DNA from: Eledone cirrhosa
Lineage: Eukaryota
Direction of reading: 5' to 3'
Length of the DNA stretch: 64,000 bases
NCBI GenBank assembly: GCA_964016885.1
Contig: OZ024745.1
Location: 118,358,001-118,422,000 of the forward strand
Part shown: positions 63,240-64,000 of the stretch, piece after piece
Numbering within the stretch: the stretch's first letter is position 1
Layout: every line of letters begins with the position of its first letter
The notes under the pieces: model-generated
The model's input: the letters and a program-made list of their open reading frames with translations, nothing else
Databases searched by the model: none
Told to the model about the DNA's origin: nothing
Translations under genes and position numbers: made by a program

Positions 63240-63405
63240 ACTACGTCTTGTAGATGACAGCTGTTAATGTTATCAATGACTGGTTGGATGAAATAAGTTG
63301 AACTTACACCATAAAATGATGTAAATAAATACTACAACTGTTTTGTTTACTATTCTATTAATCATGCTAATCACCCCTCCCCCACTCCACCTTATGTATT
63401 ATTAA

Positions 63406-63606
63406 CCCTTTAGCATTTAAACCGACCATATCCAGCCAGAATTCTCTCACTTCTTTCTGTTCAAACCGGCCATAACCAGCCACTTATACTGACATTAAGG
63501 TATTGTTCTTAGAATAAATAATAACATCATCAAAATCTTCTAGATTCCATGTTATGTGAGATAATTATGTGAGATAAAACATGTTAGTAATGTAAATGTT
63601 AAAGGG
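63406..63606. mobile_element. piggyBac-type MITE
   Basis: TTAA|CCCTTTAGCATTTA ... TAAATGTTAAAGGG|TTAA. Confidence 0.9.
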
Positions 63607-63942
63607 TTAAGCAATAACACATCAACAAATGACTGGGTGTTTGGATTCGCTTATGCTACACACATACGTTTGCGAAGTGCACAATGAGAATTTGATAAAC
63701 TGTGTAAGTGGATATTGCCAACAAATTTTACAGATACAAGAGAATCCTGAGTTTGTAAACTGATATGTGGAGTAATAATTATCAACATGTGAAAGGGTTG
63801 TGAGGCATTCACCACTGTGTGAGGTGTTATGGAATGAAGTGGAATAAGGTGAGGTAAGAGAAGTTGAGGTGAAGGTGGCTGTGAAAAATGTCACAGACAG
63901 AAATTACAGGCAACAATAACACTACAATACTGCCACACTTAA

Positions 63943-64000
63943 CCCTTTAGCATTTATATTACTCTATATATACAATTGTATTTTCACAGTAAAGTAATCT
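63943..64000. mobile_element. piggyBac-type MITE, cut by the window end
   Basis: TTAA|CCCTTTAGCATTTATATTACTCTATATA. Confidence 0.8.

Overview
This is AT-rich, repeat-dominated animal DNA, not prokaryotic. The mix of RTE LINEs with (GAT)n tails, tRNA-derived SINEs and very dense (TA)n/(CA)n/(ATC)n tracts suggests an octopus-like cephalopod genome (inference). I recognise no intact cellular gene, and almost all ORFs in the track are artefacts of microsatellites or the antisense strand of transposons. Contents: many RTE retrotransposon copies (two long ones), a Penelope-like element (RT C-terminus plus GIY-YIG), an internally deleted Helitron with both ends, TTAA-flanked piggyBac-type MITEs, three SINE families, a decayed Tc1 remnant, a 36-bp minisatellite, a ~9.1-kb 46-bp satellite, and a few weak minus-strand exon candidates. 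The most interesting signal is a set of at least seven sequence-diverse type I hammerhead-ribozyme-like motifs, most of them between 18 and 24 kb. They are associated with the Penelope element, long palindromes and (TA)n tracts. All structures were read by eye and none was computed.
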